Below, piece after piece: positions 46,577 to 54,448 of a DNA stretch of 64,000 nucleotides. The notes beneath the pieces were generated by a model. The model was not told the origin of the DNA. It saw only the letters and a list, made by a program, of their open reading frames with translations, and did not search any database. The position numbers and the translations under genes were made by a program. Origin of the DNA: Candidatus Uhrbacteria bacterium (GTDB lineage Bacteria; Patescibacteriota; Patescibacteriia; UBA9934); contig CALRCK010000001.1 in assembly GCA_943354605.1 (NCBI GenBank), forward strand, positions 148,936-212,935. The letters are read 5' to 3'. Position 1 is the first letter of the stretch, and the number at the start of each line of letters is the position of its first letter.

Positions 46577-46887
46577 TTAATTTCAGAATCTAATTTTTCT
46601 TTAGCCTTTGCAAAATCCACCATTGTTTTTTCCTCAGGCAAACTGCCATAATATAACCTTGTATATTCATCAATTATTTCTTGGCCTTCGCTTCCGTTTA
46701 GATCTTTCCCTTGTATGTCTTGGCGCCAATAAAGCTCAACAAATTTTTGATAATCAAACGGTTCCTTATTGTAAGGATTTTCATTAATTAACTTATCCAA
46801 GCTCGCTTTTTTTTCTTCTCTAATTTTCTTATAAATCATATTCTGGTCTTCTGGGGATATAAAGTTTGTTTTTTCATTCATAGACAT
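46573..46887 (-). CDS. hypothetical protein (last gene of the zeta-like operon)
   Basis: 104-aa Lys/Glu-rich ORF in AT-rich cargo. Confidence 0.35.
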   Translation of the reverse strand: MSMNEKTNFISPEDQNMIYKKIREEKKASLDKLINENPYNKEPFDYQKFVELYWRQDIQGKDLNGSEGQEIIDEYTRLYYGSLPEEKTMVDFAKAKEKLDSEIN

Positions 46888-46916
46888 AATTAGTATTCTT
46901 AAATTTAATTATAATA

Positions 46917-48332
46917 TTATTGCGCTTTACTATCAAGAGCCACGCCGATAGTTTTACCTAAATATTGTCGTAAAGTTTCTGCTGTTTTTTCTGCAAATTG
47001 TTGTGATTTTTCATCGAAATATGTCGCTGTAAAATTTTGTATGTATTCTTCTGTGATTACAGTATTGTTGATCCTTTCTATCTCTTCTTCCGGTTCTTCA
47101 ATTGATTGGCCGGCTAAATTCTCTCTACCCTCAATAATTCTAACTTTTCCAGCTTCTTCATCCCACACGGCGACTTCAACGGATTGTCTTAATTCCTTGT
47201 CATAAGCCATTAAAACATATCCATTGACTAACTGCGGATTATCATCTAAAGATTTATGTTGGACCTCACGATTTCCTCTAATCCCTCGAAATCCCTGCGC
47301 CACACCATCAAAGGCTATGTTTGGATCGGCGCCTCCCTTTTCACGTTCCAAAACTCTTACAGCGGAAAGCTCGAGCGGAACATCAATATCCATAATTGCA
47401 ATCTTACGGCCAGTTTCCTTAGCACTTTCAATCATTTCTTCTATGTCCGCATGCTCATTCATTAATTTATCGAAAACTACCGATGTATCTGCGCTAGATA
47501 CTTCTTTTTTAACAGCTCTTCCCAACATGGTACTTTCAGCATGAACTTGAGTAGACGATAAATTGCCTTTTTCTTTGAGCGGTCCCTTGAAAACATCTGG
47601 CGCCAATGAGCCGCTTGGTTGTCCTTTTTCATCTAAAATGCCTTTAAACATCTCATGCCCCCTGCGAAGAGCGGTTGTTTTACCTGCCCCGGGAGATCCG
47701 CGTAAAGCAAAAATTGTTGGGGGAGGAATTCTAGGGTTTTCTCTTTCGAGCCTCCTAGATAAATCCAAGGCCTGTTGAGTGTTTTCTCTTTTCAATCGTT
47801 CGTGTAATGACCGTCTACCATCCCAATTTTCAGGATTATCGTAGATTGTGCTTCTTTCTTTCTTAGACAATCCTGTCGTATCAACAAGGCAAAAAACCTT
47901 AGATGTATCTATATTTGGGTCTCTTGATAATAATTCAATGTTTTTATCATAACCTTCTTCACTTCTATGGCCTTCTTGGCTTGATGTAGGTTCTCCCGCG
48001 TCCGTTATTTCTCTAATTTTCCCCACTTCTTCGCCTGCAAGTTGCGTAGCTTCTGTTTGTATTTCATTCAGTTTTCCATCAAGCCCTTGTTCCTGCCGAA
48101 CGGCTGATAACATATCGGGAGATACACTCATGCTTTGAGATGATAACTCAATTCTCTGTTGCGCTTCCGGCAAAACATTGGCTGTTTGTTCAGCAATATT
48201 TTTTTCGGCGGAAACAGCGAATTGTTCTACCTGTTTGTTGCTGACCTCCGCCTCAACGGCTTCTTCCGGTGACCTGATTTCTGTTTCTGCTGTTTCTATT
48301 TTAGCTTGGGGTGAAAAACGTTCTGTTTTCAT
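46917..48332 (-). CDS. zeta-toxin-family P-loop kinase with long acidic N-terminal extension
   Basis: 'PTIFALRGSPGAGKTTAL' Walker A, followed by 'LAPDVFKGPL' (zeta/PezT-like Asp region) and 'IAIMDIDVPLELS'. The N-terminal ~190 aa are acidic and low-complexity. Confidence 0.55.
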   Translation of the reverse strand: MKTERFSPQAKIETAETEIRSPEEAVEAEVSNKQVEQFAVSAEKNIAEQTANVLPEAQQRIELSSQSMSVSPDMLSAVRQEQGLDGKLNEIQTEATQLAGEEVGKIREITDAGEPTSSQEGHRSEEGYDKNIELLSRDPNIDTSKVFCLVDTTGLSKKERSTIYDNPENWDGRRSLHERLKRENTQQALDLSRRLERENPRIPPPTIFALRGSPGAGKTTALRRGHEMFKGILDEKGQPSGSLAPDVFKGPLKEKGNLSSTQVHAESTMLGRAVKKEVSSADTSVVFDKLMNEHADIEEMIESAKETGRKIAIMDIDVPLELSAVRVLEREKGGADPNIAFDGVAQGFRGIRGNREVQHKSLDDNPQLVNGYVLMAYDKELRQSVEVAVWDEEAGKVRIIEGRENLAGQSIEEPEEEIERINNTVITEEYIQNFTATYFDEKSQQFAEKTAETLRQYLGKTIGVALDSKAQ

Positions 48333-48499
48333 AGTTGCTTTAATGATTTTCTAAGCTCGTCCAATTTTTTCTCTTTGAGCGTGTCTAAAAAATCGGCGAC
48401 GATATCATCGCGCTTTTTCTTAAGCACGGAAAATTTGGCTGCAAATTCCGTCACTATTTTCTCAATTTCTTTTTTCTTTTGTAAATTTTTATTGGTCAT
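48329..48499 (-). CDS. 56-aa helical ORF translationally coupled (ATGA overlap) to the zeta-like kinase; candidate epsilon-like antitoxin
   Basis: Not in the supplied ORF track (<60 aa). Translated by hand it reads 'MTNKNLQKKKEIEKIVTEFAAKFSVLKKKRDDIVADFLDTLKEKKLDELRKSLKQL*'. Its stop overlaps the kinase ATG. Confidence 0.35.
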   Translation of the reverse strand: MTNKNLQKKKEIEKIVTEFAAKFSVLKKKRDDIVADFLDTLKEKKLDELRKSLKQL

Positions 48500-48517
48500 A
48501 TTCTATATATTGAGTCT

Positions 48518-48830
48518 ATTATATCAAAAAATCCGAATTTGAACAATTTTACCCCGCAATTCTGTCGCCAAAAAATCAGGAAGCACGCGAAGCGAATTTT
48601 GCGAAATACTTTCCCCCAAACCCCCAGCATTTCGCAAAATTTCGCTCGCGTTCCGCATTTCTGCACTCCGCCTCCTTTGCCCCCAAAACATTGTGGCGGA
48701 GTGCAGAGCGTTTTCCCGCACTTCTGCTTCAGCAGAAGCACCACGCTTCGCGTGGTGGCGCTTTAGCGCGCGGGAAACACTATGATATTTTATTTTGAAA
48801 ATAGGTTCTAACTTGGTATAGTAAAGGCAC
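48518..48830 (-). repeat. IR2-R: inverted copy of IR2 carrying the mirror promoter (ATTATA...GAACAA on the plus strand at 48518-48546) reading leftwards
   Basis: Exact reverse complement of 45656-45970. Confidence 0.85.
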
Positions 48831-48835
48831 CATCG

Positions 48836-48865
48836 AAAACGAAGCCTGACCGGGCTTCGTTTTTG
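48836..48865. terminator. bidirectional hairpin terminator just outside IR2-R
   Basis: 'aaaacgaagcc-tgaccg-ggcttcgtttt' flanked by A-run and T-run. Confidence 0.5.
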
Positions 48866-48886
48866 TTTGTGATAAAATAACCGTAT

Positions 48887-49120
48887 ATGTTTCAGCGAAT
48901 TCTTATTGGCCTCTTCATTACTGCGATGGGGTGGATGATGGTGTGGAAAACGCGGTGGTTTGAAGACATGCTCGGGCCAGTGGCGTGGGCGGAACAGCAT
49001 TTGGGCACCACAAACTTTTTTTACAAGCTTTTGGGAACCGCGGTGATGATTCTTGGCTTCATCGTAACGTTGAACTTGTTTGATATCATCATTGGCAGTT
49101 TTGTTCGCTCTATTTTCTAA
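48887..49120 (+). CDS. small membrane protein, hypothetical
   Basis: 77-aa ORF with two hydrophobic helices. Confidence 0.3.
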   Translation: MFQRILIGLFITAMGWMMVWKTRWFEDMLGPVAWAEQHLGTTNFFYKLLGTAVMILGFIVTLNLFDIIIGSFVRSIF

Positions 49121-49123
49121 TCC

Positions 49124-49669
49124 ATGGCTGGTAGCGCTTTACTCGATGCAAACGTGATCCTTGAGATTGCGAACCTCCGCCCCGGGTATCGTGTGGCGGA
49201 TTTTGGCGCCGGCGGCTCCGGACATTTAGTGTTGCCGGCTGCGCGATTCCTTGCAGACGACGGCGTGGTGTACGCGGTAGATATTCATCCCGAAGCGCTG
49301 TCCATGTTGCGCGGCCATCGATCGCTGCATTCGCTCTTGAATTTGTATCCTGTCCGAGGAGACATCGAACGATTTGGTGGAATTGCCCACATTGAACAGG
49401 GTTCACTTGATCGCATTTTCCTCATCAACACCTTGTGGTCGGCACGTCGCAGGGCATCAATCGTCGCCGAGGCTCGTCGTTTGCTCGCGCCGGAGGGTCA
49501 GATTATCGTTGTGGATTGGGAGCCGCAAACCCGCCATGTGGTAGCACCGAATGTCGCCGATCGCGTTGCGCCGTACGCGGTTGATCGTCTCTTTTCCGAA
49601 GGCGGATGCCAGGAATGCGGCAAGTTCCGCGCAAGCCGCGATCATTGGGGGAGAATTTACAGTCATTAG
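49124..49669 (+). CDS. class I SAM-dependent methyltransferase
   Basis: 'VADFGAGGSG' motif I and 'VVYAVDI' motif II. Confidence 0.6.
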   Translation: MAGSALLDANVILEIANLRPGYRVADFGAGGSGHLVLPAARFLADDGVVYAVDIHPEALSMLRGHRSLHSLLNLYPVRGDIERFGGIAHIEQGSLDRIFLINTLWSARRRASIVAEARRLLAPEGQIIVVDWEPQTRHVVAPNVADRVAPYAVDRLFSEGGCQECGKFRASRDHWGRIYSH

Positions 49670-49693
49670 CTTTTCGGCTACCATCGTGCCCAT

Positions 49694-50110
49694 ATGAATT
49701 TCCTCTCACCACTTTGGAGCTTGAGCTTTTGGTTCGATTTGACGCCAACACGCATGGCCGCAGCATTCGAAGCAGGCTTCTTCGCCTTCTTCGCTCTGGC
49801 GATTATTGCAGGATCGGTGATTCGTATGATGATCCGCAACGGAAAATACGATCGGTATCGAGCGATTGTGCTGAAGAAGGTCGCGACCCTTTGTTCGCTT
49901 TCTGGCGCAGTCGGATTGGTATGGTTCTTCCTTACGTTTGAAGAGATTCAATTCTTCGGTTCCCGTTTTTGGTTCTTCATTTGGGTTGTTGCCGTTCTCG
50001 CCGGTGTTGTTTCTATTGTGCGTTACGTGAAAACCGAAGTTCCAGCATTGCAGCACCGCGAACAGTCGCGAGCAGATGTGAATAAATATTTGCCGAAACG
50101 AGCCCGGTAA
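49694..50110 (+). CDS. membrane protein, hypothetical
   Basis: 138-aa ORF with four hydrophobic helices. Confidence 0.35.
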   Translation: MNFLSPLWSLSFWFDLTPTRMAAAFEAGFFAFFALAIIAGSVIRMMIRNGKYDRYRAIVLKKVATLCSLSGAVGLVWFFLTFEEIQFFGSRFWFFIWVVAVLAGVVSIVRYVKTEVPALQHREQSRADVNKYLPKRAR

Positions 50111-50115
50111 TCGTT

Positions 50116-50466
50116 ATGGTCGATAAGAGGAGGATTTTCGGAAACGCAGCGGAGGCCGACGCCGCTGCGTTTTTGAAATCCAAGAAAATGAAAATCCTCG
50201 AAACGCAGTATCGGAATCGTTTCGGTGAGATCGACGTCATCGCGAAGGACGGAGAGGAATTCGTCATGATCGAAGTGAAAGCCCGCAACAATCACGAATT
50301 CGGCTACCCCGAAGAATCAGTCACCCGATCGAAGCTTCGCAAGATTGCGATCGTCGCCGAACACTTTATGAGTGACCACCCAAAGTCCGAATGGCGCATC
50401 GACGTGATCGCGATTGAATACGATCACGTTCCTCCCCGAATCACGCATATTATCGGGGTGGGGTAG
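50116..50466 (+). CDS. YraN-family (UPF0102) endonuclease-like protein
   Basis: 'AEADAAAFLKSKKMKILETQYRNRFGEIDVIAKDGEEFVMIEVKAR' matches the YraN signature. Confidence 0.7.
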   Translation: MVDKRRIFGNAAEADAAAFLKSKKMKILETQYRNRFGEIDVIAKDGEEFVMIEVKARNNHEFGYPEESVTRSKLRKIAIVAEHFMSDHPKSEWRIDVIAIEYDHVPPRITHIIGVG

Positions 50467-50468
50467 AA

Positions 50469-51035
50469 TTGAGGGATATGCAAAAGGAGTTCATTCCGCC
50501 GCAGGAAAAGCCCGAAGCGCGTATTGCGACGGTTGCGGACGCGGCGGACATCGCTCGGATTCAGCATGAGTCGTGGCTTGCGACGTATCCGAGTGAGAAG
50601 GCGGGGATCACTCGCGAGGATATTGCGGAACACTTGGGAATCGTTGATGATCGTGCGCAACGATGTGCGAATCGTTTAAACCTCGAGGCGAAAGATATCG
50701 ATTTCATTGGAGCAACGTATGTTCTTGAGATCGGTGGTCGTGTTGTGGGATTTTGTAAGGTGGCTCGTGGAATGCATACAGGACATGTTGATGCGTTGTA
50801 TTTGGATCCGGCATTTGCGCAAAAGGGATTCGGCGGGGAGCTGTTTCAAAAAGGGTTGCAGTGGCTTGGCGACGAGGCGCCGATTGATTTGGAAGTTGCG
50901 AGCTATAACGATCGCGCTATTCACTTTTATGAGCGATTTGGTTTCCGAAAACAGGACAAGGCTAAGCCCCTAGAACTTCTCGGTGGAAAATTTCTCCCAC
51001 TGACACTTATGGTTCGGGATGTTGTGGAGAAATGA
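50469..51035 (+). CDS. GNAT-family N-acetyltransferase
   Basis: 'VVGFCKVARG...QKGFGGELF...FYERFGF' resembles acetyl-CoA-binding motifs A/B. Confidence 0.65.
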   Translation: MRDMQKEFIPPQEKPEARIATVADAADIARIQHESWLATYPSEKAGITREDIAEHLGIVDDRAQRCANRLNLEAKDIDFIGATYVLEIGGRVVGFCKVARGMHTGHVDALYLDPAFAQKGFGGELFQKGLQWLGDEAPIDLEVASYNDRAIHFYERFGFRKQDKAKPLELLGGKFLPLTLMVRDVVEK

Positions 51036-51101
51036 GATGACGGGGAGGAATATTGTTGGTAGGATAGTCTCAATCCCCACGAATTATTCTTAACGTCATC
51101 T

Positions 51102-51368
51102 ATGCTCAACAAAAATGATATTCAGATCCTTCGTGACATGTTTCGAGAAAATAATGAGGTCTTTGGTTCTCAATTGAAGCGTGAAATGCGAGATGAAATA
51201 CACGCAATCGTGAACGGAGCGGTTTTCGCATCCGAAGAGCGTCTCAGTAAGAAAATCGATACACTTCGTGACGATATTCTCGATCTTGTGAATGAAGAAA
51301 TTCTCCCCCAAATCGATCAATGCCAGCGCGATATCGTTCAGTTAAAGATCGCGACGAATATTGCGTAG
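51102..51368 (+). CDS. hypothetical coiled-coil protein
   Basis: 88-aa ORF. Confidence 0.3.
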   Translation: MLNKNDIQILRDMFRENNEVFGSQLKREMRDEIHAIVNGAVFASEERLSKKIDTLRDDILDLVNEEILPQIDQCQRDIVQLKIATNIA

Positions 51369-51455
51369 TCGATAGTATCGTGGTACCTTATTTCCATGTT
51401 GAAACCTGGCCGCAATGCCAGGTTTCACTGCTAAAAAACTGAAGAACAATCTTTT

Positions 51456-52679
51456 ATGGCAAGTGCAATCGAGTTAGCAATCCGTCAGATCTGTGACGAA
51501 AAGGGCCTTTCGTATGAGAGTGTGATGACCACGATCGAATCCGCGTTGGCGGCGGCGTATCGCAAGGATTTTGGTGATAAGTATCACAACCTCGAGGCGA
51601 AGTTCGATACTGAAACGGGCCTTGCCCGAATTTTCGACGTGAAAACGGTGGTTGCAGACATCACTCCAGAGGAAATGGAAGAAGTGAAGAAGCTTGAGGC
51701 TGAGGAATCGGCTCGACGCGAAGCGATGAAGGCGCTTGGTGACTTTATGCCACCAACAGAAACGCCGGTGGACGAGATTGCGCCAAAGTTCAACCCAAAG
51801 ACTGACATTATGCTTTCCGATGCACAGCTCATGAAGATGGGCGCAAAGGTGGGCGACGTGTTGCGTACCGAACTTCCACAGGCGGTGGAATTCGGCAGAA
51901 TGGCGGCCATGACGGCAAAGCAAGTTATTACGCAGAAGCTTCGTGAAGCCGAGCGTGAAATCATTTTCAATGAATTTAAGGGCGTTGAGGGCGACGTGAT
52001 TGTCGGAACGGTACAACGTCGTGAAGGCCGCATTATTTTGGTGGACATTGGCCGCACCGCAGGAATTATTAAGCCAGAAGACGCCATGCCGACGGAGCGC
52101 TATCGCTCTGGAGACCGTTTGAAGTTTTACGTCCGCGAAGTGTCGCTCGGTTCACGTGGTGCGCAGATTTTATTGTCTCGGACCAGCGAAGAGCTTGTGA
52201 AAAAGTTGTTCATGGTGGAAATTCCAGAAGTTGCTGAAGGAACCGTCGTCATTAAGGCGATTGCTCGTGAAGCTGGCGCGCGAACGAAGATCGCTGTGGC
52301 ATCCACGGACGCAGGAATCGATCCGATTGGTGCATGTATCGGTCAGCGTGGAAGCCGTATTCAGACGATTACTGGTGAGCTCTCCGGCGAAAAGATCGAC
52401 ATCGTGCAATGGAGCGAGAATCCTCGCGAACTCATTACGCACGCACTGTCTCCAGCAAAGGTGCTCGAAGTGAATCTTGATGAGGCAGAACACGCGGCGA
52501 TTGTCGTCGTTCCAAGCGATCAGTTGTCGCTCGCGATTGGTCGCGGTGGTCAGAACGTGCGTTTGGCTGCAAAGCTGACGGGCTGGAAAGTGAACATTCA
52601 GGAACGTCGGCCAGATGGGGAAGTCGCGCCAGTGGAAAATGTGGAGGCTGTTGCTGAAACTCCAGTAGTCGCAGAGTAA
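51456..52679 (+). CDS. nusA: transcription termination/antitermination factor NusA
   Basis: N-terminal domain, an S1 region 'GDVIVGTVQRREGRIILVDIG', and tandem KH domains 'GACIGQRGSRIQ' / 'LAIGRGGQNVRLA'. Confidence 0.85.
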   Translation: MASAIELAIRQICDEKGLSYESVMTTIESALAAAYRKDFGDKYHNLEAKFDTETGLARIFDVKTVVADITPEEMEEVKKLEAEESARREAMKALGDFMPPTETPVDEIAPKFNPKTDIMLSDAQLMKMGAKVGDVLRTELPQAVEFGRMAAMTAKQVITQKLREAEREIIFNEFKGVEGDVIVGTVQRREGRIILVDIGRTAGIIKPEDAMPTERYRSGDRLKFYVREVSLGSRGAQILLSRTSEELVKKLFMVEIPEVAEGTVVIKAIAREAGARTKIAVASTDAGIDPIGACIGQRGSRIQTITGELSGEKIDIVQWSENPRELITHALSPAKVLEVNLDEAEHAAIVVVPSDQLSLAIGRGGQNVRLAAKLTGWKVNIQERRPDGEVAPVENVEAVAETPVVAE

Positions 52680-52680
52680 T

Positions 52681-53403
52681 ATGGCGTCTTTCTTCTTTAC
52701 GATTCTCTACCAGCCGCTCTACAACCTTCTTGTTTTCATCTACGACATCGCGCCATGGGGCGGGCTTGGATTGTCGATTATCGTCATGACCGTGTTGGTA
52801 AAGAGTTTGGTGTTGCCACTCACGTATAAGTCCATGAAGGCGCAGAAGGAGCTGCAAGAGATCCAGCCAAAGATTGCCGAGATTAAGGAAAAGTATAAGG
52901 ACGACAAAGAAACGATGGCGAAGGAGCTCATGAGTGTATACAAGGTGCACAATGTGAACCCATTTGCATCGTGCTTGCCAACCATCGTGCAGTTGTTCGT
53001 GTTCATTGCGCTGTATCGCGCGCTTTCGGCCGGTATTCATACGATCGATCCATCGATTTTGTACGATTTCGTTTCTAATCCTGGAACGATGTCACCAATC
53101 TTCTTGGGTATGGATTTGAGCAAGGTGTCTATCCCGCTCGCGGTGTTGTCGGCGGTATGTCAGTACTTCCAGGCAAAGCAGATGATTACTCGTCGTCCAC
53201 CAGCAGTGGCCCGCGGAACTAGCCCCGCGCTTGATGAAGACATGACCGCAACGATGAACAAGATGATGGTGTACATGTTGCCGGTGATGATGTTGATTTT
53301 GGGTGTAACGACCTTGGTGGGTGGTGCAACACTCTACATTTTTGTGAGCACTGCGTTCACCTACACGATGTACGCCCTGTTCCTGAGTCCGAAGAAGAGC
53401 TAG
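52681..53403 (+). CDS. yidC: membrane protein insertase YidC (short form)
   Basis: 'LYNLLVFIY...GLSIIVMTVLVKSLVLPLTYKSMKAQKELQEIQPKIAEIKEKYK...MAKELMSVYKVHNVNPFASCLP'. Confidence 0.8.
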   Translation: MASFFFTILYQPLYNLLVFIYDIAPWGGLGLSIIVMTVLVKSLVLPLTYKSMKAQKELQEIQPKIAEIKEKYKDDKETMAKELMSVYKVHNVNPFASCLPTIVQLFVFIALYRALSAGIHTIDPSILYDFVSNPGTMSPIFLGMDLSKVSIPLAVLSAVCQYFQAKQMITRRPPAVARGTSPALDEDMTATMNKMMVYMLPVMMLILGVTTLVGGATLYIFVSTAFTYTMYALFLSPKKS

Positions 53404-53428
53404 GGCGGGTAGGGTACAATTCCACAGT

Positions 53429-54445
53429 ATGGCCAAAGGTTTTTCGTGGCGCGTTTTTGGGGTCGTTGCAAGCGGCGTTGTTGGTGTAGGCCTTTTGTAC
53501 GCGCTTCTTGCAAAAGAGGGCTGGGCGAATGTGCTCCAAAACATGAGCACGTTTGGCGCATGGCCGTTCATTGGTCTTGTGGCGATTTCGATGCTGAACT
53601 TTACACTGTATAGCATTCGCTGGACCATCATTCTGCATCGGCAAGTCACAGAAAAGAAACAGAAACTTTCGGTGTGGCGCATGTATTGGCACCGCATGAC
53701 GGGTTACGCGGTTGGGTATTTAACGCCGCTGAACCAAGCGGGCGGTGAGCCGGTTCGTGTAGCGCTGTTGATGGCGGATGGTGTGTCAGGAAAGAGCGCG
53801 GTGGCATCGGCAACGCTCGATATCGCCTTTGAGCTCTGTTCGTATGTGGTGTTCATCGCGCTTGGCGTGATTTTCGCCTTGGTTGAGCATCAGGGTGGCG
53901 CAGGAACGTTGTGGATTATGGCTATTGGGCTGGCGATTGCATTTAGCGTGTTGCTCTCGTTCTTTGCGGCACTTGGCCGAGGAACGCCGATGGCAAAGCC
54001 TCTGTTTCATGTGTTGCGACTGGACCGCGTGAAACGATTCCGTGGTATCGAACATTGGTTAGAGGAAACGGAAGATTTAATGCGCGGTTTTTTTGCGGGT
54101 GGGGGCTGGGTGGTGTTTGGCATTTCGGCATTATCGATGGCGATGGTGGCATTTCGAGTGGTGGAGACCCTCTACATCGCTTGGGGATTCGGTGTAACGT
54201 TGAACTTCGCGCAAGCATTTCTTGCAAGTTCGCTCCCTGGCCTTGCGCTCATTCTTCCGGTGCCGGGTGGACTCGGAATATTTGAGGGTGGGTTTACTGC
54301 CGTATTCGCCGCATTAAACGTACCGATGGACCCTTTGGCATTTGCCTTGATGATTCGTTTGCGCGACGCGGTGTTTATCGCATTTGGCGTATTCCATATG
54401 ATTCGCACCGGTTCTGGTTGGGTGCTGAAAAAGGTGAAGGCATAA
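53429..54445 (+). CDS. flippase-like / lysylphosphatidylglycerol-synthase-TM-domain family membrane protein
   Basis: Eight predicted helices and a UPF0104-like overall layout. Confidence 0.5.
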   Translation: MAKGFSWRVFGVVASGVVGVGLLYALLAKEGWANVLQNMSTFGAWPFIGLVAISMLNFTLYSIRWTIILHRQVTEKKQKLSVWRMYWHRMTGYAVGYLTPLNQAGGEPVRVALLMADGVSGKSAVASATLDIAFELCSYVVFIALGVIFALVEHQGGAGTLWIMAIGLAIAFSVLLSFFAALGRGTPMAKPLFHVLRLDRVKRFRGIEHWLEETEDLMRGFFAGGGWVVFGISALSMAMVAFRVVETLYIAWGFGVTLNFAQAFLASSLPGLALILPVPGGLGIFEGGFTAVFAALNVPMDPLAFALMIRLRDAVFIAFGVFHMIRTGSGWVLKKVKA

Positions 54446-54448
54446 CGT

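Larger units (their letters stand above)
43909..48832. mobile_element. ~4.9-kb integrated element at the tRNA-Leu(GAG) 3' end: IR1L–serine recombinase–IR1R/IR2L–AT-rich cargo (SAH hydrolase; zeta-like kinase operon)–IR2R, flanked by direct 'gcacca' repeats
   Basis: Nested inverted repeats are seen directly. 'gcacca' lies at 43909-43914 (the tRNA 3' end) and again at 48827-48832. The interior composition is very different (AT-rich cargo). A recombinase gene abuts the tRNA. Confidence 0.65.
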
